DNA of 64,000 bases, taken from the IMG/VR virus record IMGVR_UViG_3300042878_001080, positions 1 to 64,000 of that record, one strand, 5' to 3'. Below are positions 38,901 through 48,602 of the stretch, piece after piece. Made by a program: the position numbers and the translations under genes. Origin of the DNA: a virus. Numbering within the stretch: the first letter of the stretch is position 1; every line of letters starts with the position of its first letter. The notes below the pieces were generated by a model that searched no databases, was not told the origin of the DNA, and saw only the letters and a program-made list of their open reading frames with translations.

Positions 38901-40904
38901 ACAGCTGCGTCTAATAAACAGGCTCAAGTTTATTCAGTTGCTGCAATGGCTTGTAGAAGAGTTATTTTTAAAGATATAAAAGTTACGGATATTCCTTCAG
39001 ATAAACCAGTTGAACCTATAATAAAGGATGAAATCAAACCAACGATATCTGAGCCAATAAAACCAAAAGCAAAAACTACTAGAACAGAAAAAACAATAAA
39101 AGAAGGTATTAGTAAATTAATATTAAGAAGATTACTATCTGAATGTGATTATTTTGATGTTATTAAGAAAGAAGTACCAATGTTATATGATTCTATACAG
39201 GAAAAAATCAAATATTTTAACCCTGCGTTTCACTCTATGACACCTGAAGGATTAAACTCTCGTTTGACGTTTTTAAATCAATGTGTTCGACCTGGTGAAT
39301 CAATTCCTGTTATTGGGGATAAAGGTCAGATAGTAGCTAATGATGCGTTAAACACCTCATTTGGAGCACCACCTGTTTTAGTTTTAAGAATTGGGGATTT
39401 TTATAATGGTAAAATTATACCAAGGTCAATTGGTTTTTCATATGAACCTTTGGTTTTTGATATGAATCCTGAGGGTATTGGAATCCAACCAATGATTGCA
39501 AATGTTACGATGCAATTTGATATGATTGGTGGAATGGGATTAGAAAAACCGGTAGAAGAGTTACAAAACGCTTTATCGTTCAATTATTATGCTAATACTG
39601 AAATTTACGATGAAAGAGCAAAATGGACGGATGATAGTTGGAAAAAGTTAGATAAAGAATATTTCCAATCTTTAATTGATGAACAACCAACATTAACTGT
39701 TGCTCAAGTTGATAATCAACAAACAAATACTGCTGGAGAAACTATTGGACAAATACAAACAACTGTTAATGGTGTTAGTGGTCAAACTGGTGATATAACC
39801 TACATGAAAATTATGGATACTTTATTAGATGTAACTAAAGAGTATTATACTAATATTGTTAATCAAGGTGAGAGTATGACTAAATCATATAATAATGGTA
39901 TTTGGCAATTAATTTCAAAAGAAAGACAATATACTGATGGTATATCTAATTTTAATATTGATAATTTACCACCATCTTTTACTGTAAATATTTTTGGTAA
40001 ATCTGTTTTTGAGAGTAGAATTGATGAATTATTTAATAAAACAATTGAAGATGTTGATAATAATAGTAATTTCATAATTTTAGGATTAATTGCGGAAAAC
40101 TTTAATGATGCAACACTTAGAAGTGTTAAAACAAATTTAAAAACATATTTAACTAATTATAAAACTGATTTTAGTTTAGGTGTTAGTACTATTGTTAGTA
40201 ATGTCGTTCAACAACAAGTTGATATGGTTCAAGTTTTTAGAAAAATTAATTTTGTTACAACATTATCTGATGGTGTTATTATTGATTCAAAACCTAAAAT
40301 ATATAATATTTCCGGTACAACAGAAATTGATAAATCAAGTAAACCGATACCATTAGATACCTATGATGAATTATCAACAGATTATAAATCGGTTTCAAAT
40401 AATTTAAATAAATTTAATCAATATCTTATTGATAAGAGTATTATTTATAATGGATATAACGAACCGGGAGGGTTTAATCCAACATCAACAGTTTTTGAAT
40501 TAACAGATTTGCCAGGTAAAAGATTTTTTATGGTTATGTCTCAAATATTTGATAATAGTGATGATTTTAATACGTTTAAAACGTCAATAATTACTAATGA
40601 TATGGATAAATCAACACCAAATTTATTAAAATCATTTAATAAAATTGTTAATAAATTTCAAGATAAAGTTAAAATAGAATTAAAGGAAGAAGAAAAGTTT
40701 TATAAAACATTTAAAAAGAGTAACGATTATAAAAATTATCTTGTGGTTGAAAACCTTTATAAAAAAGGTAAAACACGTAAATTTAATTATACGACAGAAC
40801 CATCATCAAAGAATGTTGAACAAACTAAAAATTTATTTTTATTATACCAAGGTAAGAATGATGGTGATAAAATAATTTGGACTGATAAAACTCAATTTAA
40901 TTAA
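35949..40904 (+). CDS. Large baseplate/tail-tube initiator-like protein with an internal OmpA-like domain
   Basis: FPPYDIKF...GRPEPIYTY and PPVLVLRIGDFY tube-initiator-type motifs; FYFDND...SASA...YNVTLSVRR...CRRV segment. Confidence 0.6.
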   Translation: MSNSTLSFASSSSFRDILLAKNLAPYSVSGVYTPPASDIDTEVSLNNFNVIDSPNDLITNDPFAQLLYPLNEYGPNGGYDLNINFNGPPLPVTPNQGEYGPNDTVLDLVNEFFIDAAYIDNYYGPVGGFNDMYGVTTQILGQPIHQPYLPTNFVPSSYSPYTILMSNNPTGSDGSLSQDSYLARLGATFLNKLFQDRINREIFINTVGQVNLQSLQDPFDASLMITGQEPLIYKNWKITSPENPVTAAADLLTRLAGAYWPVSLIPGDYFTDNTRNGQTQQTSTALNVVNQLTGGFLGPILNSKRNPSEIFLANTGNGQRSVLFRNINYNRYQPNYDKNYGGLLGVGQAIVSLINPFNGTLVGGYYVGSRSAEPSSITSPPNQVPVNAFGQQEDVPVYGPSELGILYEGNQDTLKFGLAAKPLSDGGGIDGQFVWTSPKYKSNAGFHATPGGGSGSLDGEFNLISSNYTRDESTNFVFKSTSILDETQRLVNSADNVQGISRLKHVGNAINQVSKVFHDGYKEMTKGSQVVSYTDQTTGGEAGIEYCRVFTKDTPYYTYNDLQKVDGITTSGRQFAGSVLDNTFNLNISPTRNPGSTNIIADGPNGIGGYAKKYMFSIENLAWRTSSKQGYTYDELPVCEKGPNGGRVMWFPPYDIKFNDNSTANWTPTSFLGRPEPIYTYKDSNRTGTLSWKIIVDHPSVMNVLVEKQLKGQNKERINSIIDSFFAGCVKYDIYELAKKFNTVPTKDLYTYQQILNDPNLDKNTAKEVFNSNGSVGTVTNSSTAGNSIPKTNTDTSVAHLLDGYKNLGFYFDNDIPGPNTKKNPIPNSTYKADYDNYTNSVNQDLYVDISSKTFAIVSTNRNVKSFFDNVVIDNFNKINNSFIEDAFKILSENKGVIKISLASSASAPAQDDYNVTLSVRRKNSVIEYFKNTKLAKFITESKTLIFEGNTDNGEIETISFPQTSNGVFGSSVDCHQDIMSQSNTAASNKQAQVYSVAAMACRRVIFKDIKVTDIPSDKPVEPIIKDEIKPTISEPIKPKAKTTRTEKTIKEGISKLILRRLLSECDYFDVIKKEVPMLYDSIQEKIKYFNPAFHSMTPEGLNSRLTFLNQCVRPGESIPVIGDKGQIVANDALNTSFGAPPVLVLRIGDFYNGKIIPRSIGFSYEPLVFDMNPEGIGIQPMIANVTMQFDMIGGMGLEKPVEELQNALSFNYYANTEIYDERAKWTDDSWKKLDKEYFQSLIDEQPTLTVAQVDNQQTNTAGETIGQIQTTVNGVSGQTGDITYMKIMDTLLDVTKEYYTNIVNQGESMTKSYNNGIWQLISKERQYTDGISNFNIDNLPPSFTVNIFGKSVFESRIDELFNKTIEDVDNNSNFIILGLIAENFNDATLRSVKTNLKTYLTNYKTDFSLGVSTIVSNVVQQQVDMVQVFRKINFVTTLSDGVIIDSKPKIYNISGTTEIDKSSKPIPLDTYDELSTDYKSVSNNLNKFNQYLIDKSIIYNGYNEPGGFNPTSTVFELTDLPGKRFFMVMSQIFDNSDDFNTFKTSIITNDMDKSTPNLLKSFNKIVNKFQDKVKIELKEEEKFYKTFKKSNDYKNYLVVENLYKKGKTRKFNYTTEPSSKNVEQTKNLFLLYQGKNDGDKIIWTDKTQFN

Positions 40905-40906
40905 AA

Positions 40907-41233
40907 ATGAATAATAGACAAAATTATAATAGATATAATCAATTTTTATTAAATGGTGAACAAACTATTGTTCCTTATATTTCCGTTTCTAGTAAATCGT
41001 CGGATAAAAGATATATTTATAAAGTTGGTCAATCTAGATTGGATAAAATATCACAACAATATTATGGTACCCCAACTTTTGGTTGGTTAATTCTTGCGGG
41101 AAACCCAATTTTTGGTGGTGATGAATGGTCTATACCGGATGCTGCGATATTAACAATTCCATTTCCTTTAGTATCATCTTTACAAGAATATAAATCTCAA
41201 TTAGATAATCATTTCTATTATTATGGTAGGTAA
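40907..41233 (+). CDS. LysM-like baseplate protein (gp53/tail X-like)
   Basis: RLDKISQQYYG.P..GWLILAGNP...IP motif. Confidence 0.7.
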   Translation: MNNRQNYNRYNQFLLNGEQTIVPYISVSSKSSDKRYIYKVGQSRLDKISQQYYGTPTFGWLILAGNPIFGGDEWSIPDAAILTIPFPLVSSLQEYKSQLDNHFYYYGR

Positions 41234-44200
41234 CTCTGAAAATATATTGGTCGAATTCGACTACAATAACATTACAATTATTGACCCAAACAAAGTTATT
41301 GATAGTGATAATAAAGTGAAGGATAGATACGTTAAACAAGAGGATTTAGTGATGTACGCTAATCTTGAATGTAATGTCTTACCAAGAACTAAATTAGCTA
41401 TTGGGGTTGCAAATAATGATTCTATTAGAACAGTTTCTATTGCAAAAATTAATTTTTTAAAGCCTGGTGGTAAAGATTATTTAGATAATTCATATACGGA
41501 TGAATTAACGGGTAAAGGTGCTATAAAAGGTGATGGTGTTAATCAACCAACTTTTAAAGGGATAACTAATCCTAATAACAGTGATGATTTTTACATTAAA
41601 CAAACTATTAGTTCAAACGGAAAACCGGGGGCTACGGATAATGGTTTATTGGGGATAACTTCTATTAACATTAGACAAGGGTTAGATTTTATGCCAACAA
41701 TTGATATTAGGTTGGTGGATATTAAAGGTAGGGCGTTATTTGAAGCGGGTGATAATTCTCCATATGCGGCGTTTTTCAATTTACCTTACCCATTATTTCA
41801 TTTAACGATAAAAGGGTATTTTGGTAAGGCGGTTAGATTAGCCTTAATGTTACAAAATTTTACTACAACATATAATGGAAACACAGGTAACTTTGATATT
41901 GATTTAAAGTTTTACACATACAAATATACTGTTTTAGCTGATGTAACGATGGGGGCTTTATTGGCGACACCACATATGTATCAATCAAGATTTAATATTA
42001 GTCAAACTAGTGGTGGTCCAAGTCCAACAACTAAAACAGATAATGTTGTCGTTGAAAGAGGTTATCAAAAAATACGAGAATTATATAGTGAGTATAAATC
42101 AAAAGGTTTAATTGCGGATGATTTCCCTGAAATTACTTTAATGCAGATGAAAGACAGAATTGATAATTTTATTAAAAATGTTCTTGATTCGTTTATTAAA
42201 CAAAACTTGGACCCTTTAACTAATTTAGATACCTATGGTATTCAGTTAAGGGATTATCAAAAAGAAGTTTTTTATACTGTAAAAACTTCATGGTTTAATG
42301 AATTTATGGATACAAGTAATTATTATATCTTAAATAAATTAAATACAAAAGTTTATACATTCAAAAAAGAATTAAACGACCAAAATAAGTCTGACGCAAT
42401 TTCAAAATTGAAGGGGATTATTGATAAGAATAATAAATTACTTAATGAAAACTCTACTTGTGGTACAAACGGTAGTTATGTGATTAATGGTAAAAAAACG
42501 GAATGTAAAATACCTAATGATATTACTTATGAAAAAGTATTTACAATACAAATTAAACCAACGGATATTAATTTAACCGAAACATATAAATTACAAAGAA
42601 AAAATAGTCAAGCAACTCCGGAAGATTTAAAAAAATTCCAAGCGGAATTAGAAAAGACAAATCTTTTTCATAACACATCTGTAACTCTTAAAAATGGTGC
42701 TAAACAAGCTATTTCTGAATATTTTGTATTTGAAGGAACTGGTTCATTTATCGATTTAACTGATAATATGAATAAAAACTTAAAAACCAAAAGAAATGAA
42801 ATTGAAGATGAATTAACAAAGGCTTTATCGGCCTTATTGGAGAATAAGGATAATGGTATTGGTTTTGTACCAACAATTAGAAATGTGTTGGCGGTTGTTT
42901 TTGCAAATGGTGAGGCTTTTTTACGTTTATTGGATGAAGTTCATACTAAAGCTTGGGCTCAAAGAGATACTAAAATTAGAAAAGATGTTATTTTTAATAA
43001 ACAAGTTGCTAATGCAAGTGCTGATAGTAAAGATTCCGGAGATGATAAAAATCAACCGGTATATCCTTGGCCTCAAGTAATAAAAGAAACTCCGGGGGAA
43101 AAAGGTCAGGAAAAATATGAATTAAGATATCCTGGTGATAGTGATATTATTGGAGAAACTAAAGGTTATTTATATGATATTTGGCCTGAAATAGAGTTTG
43201 TTGAAGAATTTATTAGTTCAATGACTCAAAAAACACCACCACCACCACCATCAACAAAATCGTCAAATTCAAAAAAAGACCCTGTAAGAGTTTCAACAAA
43301 TGCTATCGAATTTCCAATTAGTAATGATGTTTATGCTAACAAAGAATTAGTAAAATATTTTTATGAAATTTATGAAAGAACATTATTAACCTCTCAATAT
43401 TCTAAATTAGATAGAACTAATAATTTAACTTCGGAGACTGATAAAGTTTCAAACGTTATTAGTGAAGGTGAATCTATTAATGTGTTAAATAGTTTATCAG
43501 ATAATAATGATGTGGAATTAATTAAAAATTTAAAAGAATATAATTTTACTTCAGTTAAATTTGATAGTGTGTTAAAACATATTTCAAATGAGGGCGTTTC
43601 CCAAAGTTGGCAAAATTATATAAGAGGTATTTTTAATACAGGTTATATTAAAAATGTTGTGGAAAACGCGTCTTTTGAGTTTAAATCTAAAAGTGTTGTT
43701 AATAATTCTGAGTCCCAACCATTAGTTTCTGTTAATAATGAAAAGGATATAATCGAATACATTTCAAATTCTACTACATCAAATCAATTTGATTTAACAG
43801 ATACTTACCCATTTACAGATAAAACTTGGGTTAAGAATAATTTGGCTAATGGGGTTGCAACAGATGAAAAATTAGCATTTAACACAACAAAAACATTATT
43901 ATATAATACTGTTAAAAAAGTTGTTACAAATTTTAGTGATACTCAATCAGAGGATGTTAAAAAACCAATAACTAATTTTGTTTATAAAAATGTAATTGCA
44001 CCAATTGTTGGAAATGATTTAAGAAATTTTTATAGTAGTAGAACATATACGAAACAATTACCAACTGAAGGTGATGTTAAATATTTGAACTATAGTGGGC
44101 TTGTTAGTAGTTATCAAACAACCTCAATGTTTAATACTCCATATTTTATAAATTCAATTCAAGAGGGGGTTCAAAATGTTAAAAATGGTGTTAAATACCC

Positions 44201-47200
44201 ATATGTTAGTTCCGCTTATTTGTTTATTAACAGTTTGCCATTATCAACCTTAAGAGAAAAATATAAAACATATACAGGTAACGACACAAATTATTCTGAA
44301 GAAAATTTAGATTATATTTTTGCGTCTATGAAAAAATTTGCGGCTTTACATAAGGTTCCGTATGCTTGGGCGTTAAAGATAGGTTCTATTTGGCATCGTT
44401 ATAAAACATATGTTAATACTAATGTTGATATATTAAGTGATTCTTGGAAAGATTTTGATTATAAAAATAATTATGACCCTATTAGTGGTAAAACATCTAC
44501 GGTTTATAATTTTACCATTCCGGGTCAAATATCGGCAACAACTATTGTGTTGGAAACAATAACAACAGCATCAACACTTAATGGTATAAATTACACAACA
44601 ACAATTAATACCGGATTCTATCCTAAATTGATAAATGATTTTAATGTGTTTTATCAGGGGTATAATATATTCACAGATTACACCAGTGGAGGTATTCAAA
44701 GTGGTTTCACCGAAGGACTTACTTTAAATTATGTTCCTGAGGCGGTAATAGATAATACTATGGGTATTCCTACCTCATATTGTATAACTAATAGAGTTAT
44801 TCCATGGTCTGTTTCTGTTACAGCAGATTATGGTCAATATGCTTATGTTATGCCATCAAATGGTAGTGTTTTTAATCAAACAAAGAATGAATGTTTTAAT
44901 ATATTAAGTGAATTAGTGTATGATTTAACTGGTAATACTTCTATGTATAATGGGTCGGCTAGATTATTTTGGGCGGCACCTAATTATGGTTATTTTGATA
45001 ATAGTAAGGTTGTTAAACCAGACCCTATTCGATATTTAAAACAAGTGTTTAATGGGCAAAGTGCTCAAGAAAATTTCTCAATTAATGGTGAATTAATTAA
45101 TTATACAGAAATTAGTGAAATGTTTTCTGTTTTTGATAGAGATGCTTTAGATAAATTTGAAAATGAGTTTTTAAATTTTACGATATCTGTTTATGATTAT
45201 AAAGTTGATGAAAATTCAACAGATACGGATACAGAAAAATCGTTTAAAAATTTCCAATCATTATTGAGAAATATGATGAAAATTACAAATACAACAACAA
45301 CTAATGAACAATCAGTTAGCGACATTCAATCTAAACAATTAACAAAAATATCTAATACGATTTCTCAATTTTTAAATTATGATGTTTATTTTAAATTAGG
45401 TAATCCATCGTCATTTAATAAACAATTATTTTACACCTTTTCAAATAAACATAAAGTAGAAATTGAAAATCCTATTACTTGGGATTATTATAACTATACA
45501 ACACCAAACGCATTACCTAGTGGTACAACATTAAATAATTCATTAGAAACTTATCCTTTAGAGTGGAAAGCATTGGAGACCTATGTTGGATTCTCCGATA
45601 TACCAGAGTTATTATATAAAGATGGTGGTTCGTATATTACAGATTTTTTTATTGATTGTAATGTGGCTTTTGATGTGTATAATATTGAAAAATTGGCACC
45701 AATAATTAAAATATATGCAACTCAAAAATTAAAAGATAAAACTTTGAATTATGATAAGTTTGTTAAATTAATGGATGTACATTTAGATAGTTTAGATTTA
45801 TTTACTAATAGAATTATAAACAGTACAATGATTAAATTACAAAATAAGTTACCTAATGTTAATTTTACTCCTCAACCTAAAATTGAAACTGTTTTGGAAA
45901 GTAAACAAACTAAACTTGAATTATGGGAATCATTTAAAGCGACAAATGATAAATGGATTTCAGGTACTGATTTTAAAGAAAAAACATTATTTGAGGATGT
46001 TTTATTGATGGATAGAGCAAGTAGAGATGTGGGCGATTTAATTCTTGTGGATATTCAAAAGTTACAAGTTGATTTAACAGATATAAATGTTACCTCGACA
46101 ATGCTAACATATGTTCAAACAATATTGGTTAGAAATAACTTTGTTGTTATGAATATACCATCATATGTAAATTTTTATAATGTTCAAAATGCGGTTAAAA
46201 ATCCAAAACCAAAACCGGAAGGAACGTTGGAATTTGCTAATACCTTATTTGGTACATTTATGAATGTTGATTATAGAGATTCTTCTGCTAAAATGGTTTG
46301 TTTTTATGCTGGAAAACCAAGTGAACAACTCGATTTAAAAGAGAATGTTGATTATAGATATAGAAATGATGCGTTTGATTTAAGACGAGTTGATAACCCA
46401 TTAGTTGAAAATCAAATAGGTAAAAATGATTGGGATAAGTCAAATAAGGTTGTTGGGTTTAATGTTGAATTTGGACCACAAAATCAATCTATATTTCAAG
46501 GGTTTAATGTTTCTCAAAACCCTGGTTTAGCTACGGCAGAATCGTTGGAAGTATTAAATCAAATGGCTAATCAATCAAATAATAGGGGTGGTGCCACTCA
46601 GAATACGTCATTGTATAACTTATATAAAAATAGAAGTTATGCTTGTACTGTAACTATGTTGGGTAACGCTATGATACAACCTACGATGTACTTTAATTTA
46701 AGACACGTACCAATGTTTAGTGGTCCTTATATGATTCAAAAAGTTAATCATTCAATAACACCAGGACATTTTGAGACAATTTTTGAAGGTATTAGACAAC
46801 CTACGGCTTCTTTACCTAAGATAGATAATTATATTCAATCACTTAAGACAACATTATTACAATCAATTATTGAAAAAAATAATAAAGATAAACAAGAGAA
46901 GGAGAAAGCTCTTAAATCAGGTGTGGATACTAACATTATTAATCAAAAAAATAGTGTAATTAGTAAAAATGTAAGTCAAGATGGTACGACTCAAAGCAAT
47001 AGTCAAAACTGTAAGCCTATGGAGGCAAAACAAAATAAATATGGTAAATTTACAGTTATTAATGATAAATTAAGTACTAGTGTAACATATAAAGAAGTTG
47101 TGGATTTAATATCGTTAAAAACAACAGACCAAAAACTTCGTTACGCAGTTTTTGCAAAAATGTACTTGAGTTCATCTCAAAGTGGCGTGTTACAATCGCA

Positions 47201-47561
47201 TTCATTTAATTTTAGTGATACGGATTTAAAACAAGATTGGGGTCCATCTGTTGAATCATTTTTTACGACAAAAAAATATTATTGTAGTAATGAAAATAAA
47301 CCATATATCGTCTTTACTAGTTTAACTCAAAATGTTGAATTTTTAATATCAAGATATAAAGATAGGGTTGGAAAAATTAAAAGTGTTAATTCAAAAGACA
47401 TTACAAAATTTTTAATATTATATGGTGAAACTTCAATGTATGATGATTCGTTTTATACAAAAATAAATCCTACAGTTATTACAACAATTGAAAGTAATGT
47501 TCAGGATTCTATTAATATTTATAACCCAATAAGTGGAAATTATAACAAAACACCAAATTAG
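41223..47561 (+). CDS. Very large baseplate hub protein (gp27/late control D-like segments)
   Basis: 2112 aa; C-terminal CTVTMLGNAMIQPTMYFNL...GPYMIQKVNHSI hub motif; position after the LysM gene. Confidence 0.6.
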   Translation: MVGNSENILVEFDYNNITIIDPNKVIDSDNKVKDRYVKQEDLVMYANLECNVLPRTKLAIGVANNDSIRTVSIAKINFLKPGGKDYLDNSYTDELTGKGAIKGDGVNQPTFKGITNPNNSDDFYIKQTISSNGKPGATDNGLLGITSINIRQGLDFMPTIDIRLVDIKGRALFEAGDNSPYAAFFNLPYPLFHLTIKGYFGKAVRLALMLQNFTTTYNGNTGNFDIDLKFYTYKYTVLADVTMGALLATPHMYQSRFNISQTSGGPSPTTKTDNVVVERGYQKIRELYSEYKSKGLIADDFPEITLMQMKDRIDNFIKNVLDSFIKQNLDPLTNLDTYGIQLRDYQKEVFYTVKTSWFNEFMDTSNYYILNKLNTKVYTFKKELNDQNKSDAISKLKGIIDKNNKLLNENSTCGTNGSYVINGKKTECKIPNDITYEKVFTIQIKPTDINLTETYKLQRKNSQATPEDLKKFQAELEKTNLFHNTSVTLKNGAKQAISEYFVFEGTGSFIDLTDNMNKNLKTKRNEIEDELTKALSALLENKDNGIGFVPTIRNVLAVVFANGEAFLRLLDEVHTKAWAQRDTKIRKDVIFNKQVANASADSKDSGDDKNQPVYPWPQVIKETPGEKGQEKYELRYPGDSDIIGETKGYLYDIWPEIEFVEEFISSMTQKTPPPPPSTKSSNSKKDPVRVSTNAIEFPISNDVYANKELVKYFYEIYERTLLTSQYSKLDRTNNLTSETDKVSNVISEGESINVLNSLSDNNDVELIKNLKEYNFTSVKFDSVLKHISNEGVSQSWQNYIRGIFNTGYIKNVVENASFEFKSKSVVNNSESQPLVSVNNEKDIIEYISNSTTSNQFDLTDTYPFTDKTWVKNNLANGVATDEKLAFNTTKTLLYNTVKKVVTNFSDTQSEDVKKPITNFVYKNVIAPIVGNDLRNFYSSRTYTKQLPTEGDVKYLNYSGLVSSYQTTSMFNTPYFINSIQEGVQNVKNGVKYPYVSSAYLFINSLPLSTLREKYKTYTGNDTNYSEENLDYIFASMKKFAALHKVPYAWALKIGSIWHRYKTYVNTNVDILSDSWKDFDYKNNYDPISGKTSTVYNFTIPGQISATTIVLETITTASTLNGINYTTTINTGFYPKLINDFNVFYQGYNIFTDYTSGGIQSGFTEGLTLNYVPEAVIDNTMGIPTSYCITNRVIPWSVSVTADYGQYAYVMPSNGSVFNQTKNECFNILSELVYDLTGNTSMYNGSARLFWAAPNYGYFDNSKVVKPDPIRYLKQVFNGQSAQENFSINGELINYTEISEMFSVFDRDALDKFENEFLNFTISVYDYKVDENSTDTDTEKSFKNFQSLLRNMMKITNTTTTNEQSVSDIQSKQLTKISNTISQFLNYDVYFKLGNPSSFNKQLFYTFSNKHKVEIENPITWDYYNYTTPNALPSGTTLNNSLETYPLEWKALETYVGFSDIPELLYKDGGSYITDFFIDCNVAFDVYNIEKLAPIIKIYATQKLKDKTLNYDKFVKLMDVHLDSLDLFTNRIINSTMIKLQNKLPNVNFTPQPKIETVLESKQTKLELWESFKATNDKWISGTDFKEKTLFEDVLLMDRASRDVGDLILVDIQKLQVDLTDINVTSTMLTYVQTILVRNNFVVMNIPSYVNFYNVQNAVKNPKPKPEGTLEFANTLFGTFMNVDYRDSSAKMVCFYAGKPSEQLDLKENVDYRYRNDAFDLRRVDNPLVENQIGKNDWDKSNKVVGFNVEFGPQNQSIFQGFNVSQNPGLATAESLEVLNQMANQSNNRGGATQNTSLYNLYKNRSYACTVTMLGNAMIQPTMYFNLRHVPMFSGPYMIQKVNHSITPGHFETIFEGIRQPTASLPKIDNYIQSLKTTLLQSIIEKNNKDKQEKEKALKSGVDTNIINQKNSVISKNVSQDGTTQSNSQNCKPMEAKQNKYGKFTVINDKLSTSVTYKEVVDLISLKTTDQKLRYAVFAKMYLSSSQSGVLQSHSFNFSDTDLKQDWGPSVESFFTTKKYYCSNENKPYIVFTSLTQNVEFLISRYKDRVGKIKSVNSKDITKFLILYGETSMYDDSFYTKINPTVITTIESNVQDSINIYNPISGNYNKTPN

Positions 47562-47603
47562 TAACATTTACAAATAAACAGATATTTATATATAAAAAAG
47601 ATT

Positions 47604-47828
47604 ATGGATACAAAATCATTATTAGAAAATTACTTAGGTAAAAAAACCCGTACTACCGAAAAAGATATGGGTAACGGTTCAAAACAAGTATGTGATTTAG
47701 ATTCAGGTGATTGTTATACAATTAGAATGAAAGATGGTCTAATTGAAAGAGTTGATAACACTATGAGTCAAAATAGAAAAATACAAGTTGAAACTACAAC
47801 AGGTGTAAAACAATTATTAAACGGATAA
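47604..47828 (+). CDS. Hypothetical protein
   Basis: 74 aa ORF with CDLDSGDC; TATTTATA box upstream. Confidence 0.6.
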   Translation: MDTKSLLENYLGKKTRTTEKDMGNGSKQVCDLDSGDCYTIRMKDGLIERVDNTMSQNRKIQVETTTGVKQLLNG

Positions 47829-47829
47829 A

Positions 47830-48504
47830 ATGAAAAAAATAGATAATAGAATTTTAGAGGAGATTGCTAGATATAATTCAATTAATAGTTATATTGTAGA
47901 ACAAGATGCTACTTTACCACCACCTCCGGGTGAAGACCCAAATGCGTTACCACCTATGGGAGGAGCTCCAGCTCCTATGGACCCAAATATGGTAACACCA
48001 TCACCTGAAGCTCCAGCAGGACCACAACCGGTTGATTTAACTACTGACCCTGATGTGGAAAAAGTTGGTGAAGGTGAAACAGGGGATAAAACAGGGGGTT
48101 CAACTGAAGAAATGGATATTACTGATTTAGTAAAATCTCAGAAAAATGTTGAACAAAAACAAGAAGAGTATTTTGATAATTTATTTCAACATTTAGATAA
48201 CTTAGAATCTAAGTTAGGTGAGATGGATGGTATTATGAGTAAATTGAATGATTTAGAAGCGAAGATTGAAAAATATAGAGAAAAAACTCCTCAAGAAAAA
48301 TTAGAACTTAGAACTTTAGATTCGGGACCATTCAATCAAAAATTAAGTCAATTTTTTGATGATAAAGAAGAGGACATGGAAAAATCAGGAAAAAATGAAT
48401 ATGTTTTAACACAAGATGATGTTGAAGATTATTCACCTGTTGAAATTAAAAAAACATTTAGAAATTTTGACGATAGTTCGTCAGGGTTTCAACAAGTTAG
48501 ATAG
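47830..48504 (+). CDS. Acidic, Pro-rich, coiled-coil hypothetical protein
   Basis: Pro-rich linker followed by a heptad-like LDNLESKL...LNDLEAKI segment. Confidence 0.6.
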   Translation: MKKIDNRILEEIARYNSINSYIVEQDATLPPPPGEDPNALPPMGGAPAPMDPNMVTPSPEAPAGPQPVDLTTDPDVEKVGEGETGDKTGGSTEEMDITDLVKSQKNVEQKQEEYFDNLFQHLDNLESKLGEMDGIMSKLNDLEAKIEKYREKTPQEKLELRTLDSGPFNQKLSQFFDDKEEDMEKSGKNEYVLTQDDVEDYSPVEIKKTFRNFDDSSSGFQQVR

Positions 48505-48509
48505 ATAAG

Positions 48510-48530
48510 ACGGTCTTCGGACCGTTTTTA
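48510..48530 (+). terminator. Rho-independent terminator with UUCG tetraloop
   Basis: ACGGTC-TTCG-GACCGT-TTTT. Confidence 0.9.
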
Positions 48531-48544
48531 TTTCACAAAACAAT

Positions 48545-48573
48545 TTGACAAACACACCTTTAACACTTATACT
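48545..48573 (+). promoter_or_regulatory. Sigma70-like promoter of the replication block
   Basis: TTGACA-17 nt-TATACT just after a terminator and 30 nt before the SSB start. Confidence 0.75.
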
Positions 48574-48602
48574 TTTATAAACCTTTAAATATTTTAAACA
48601 CT

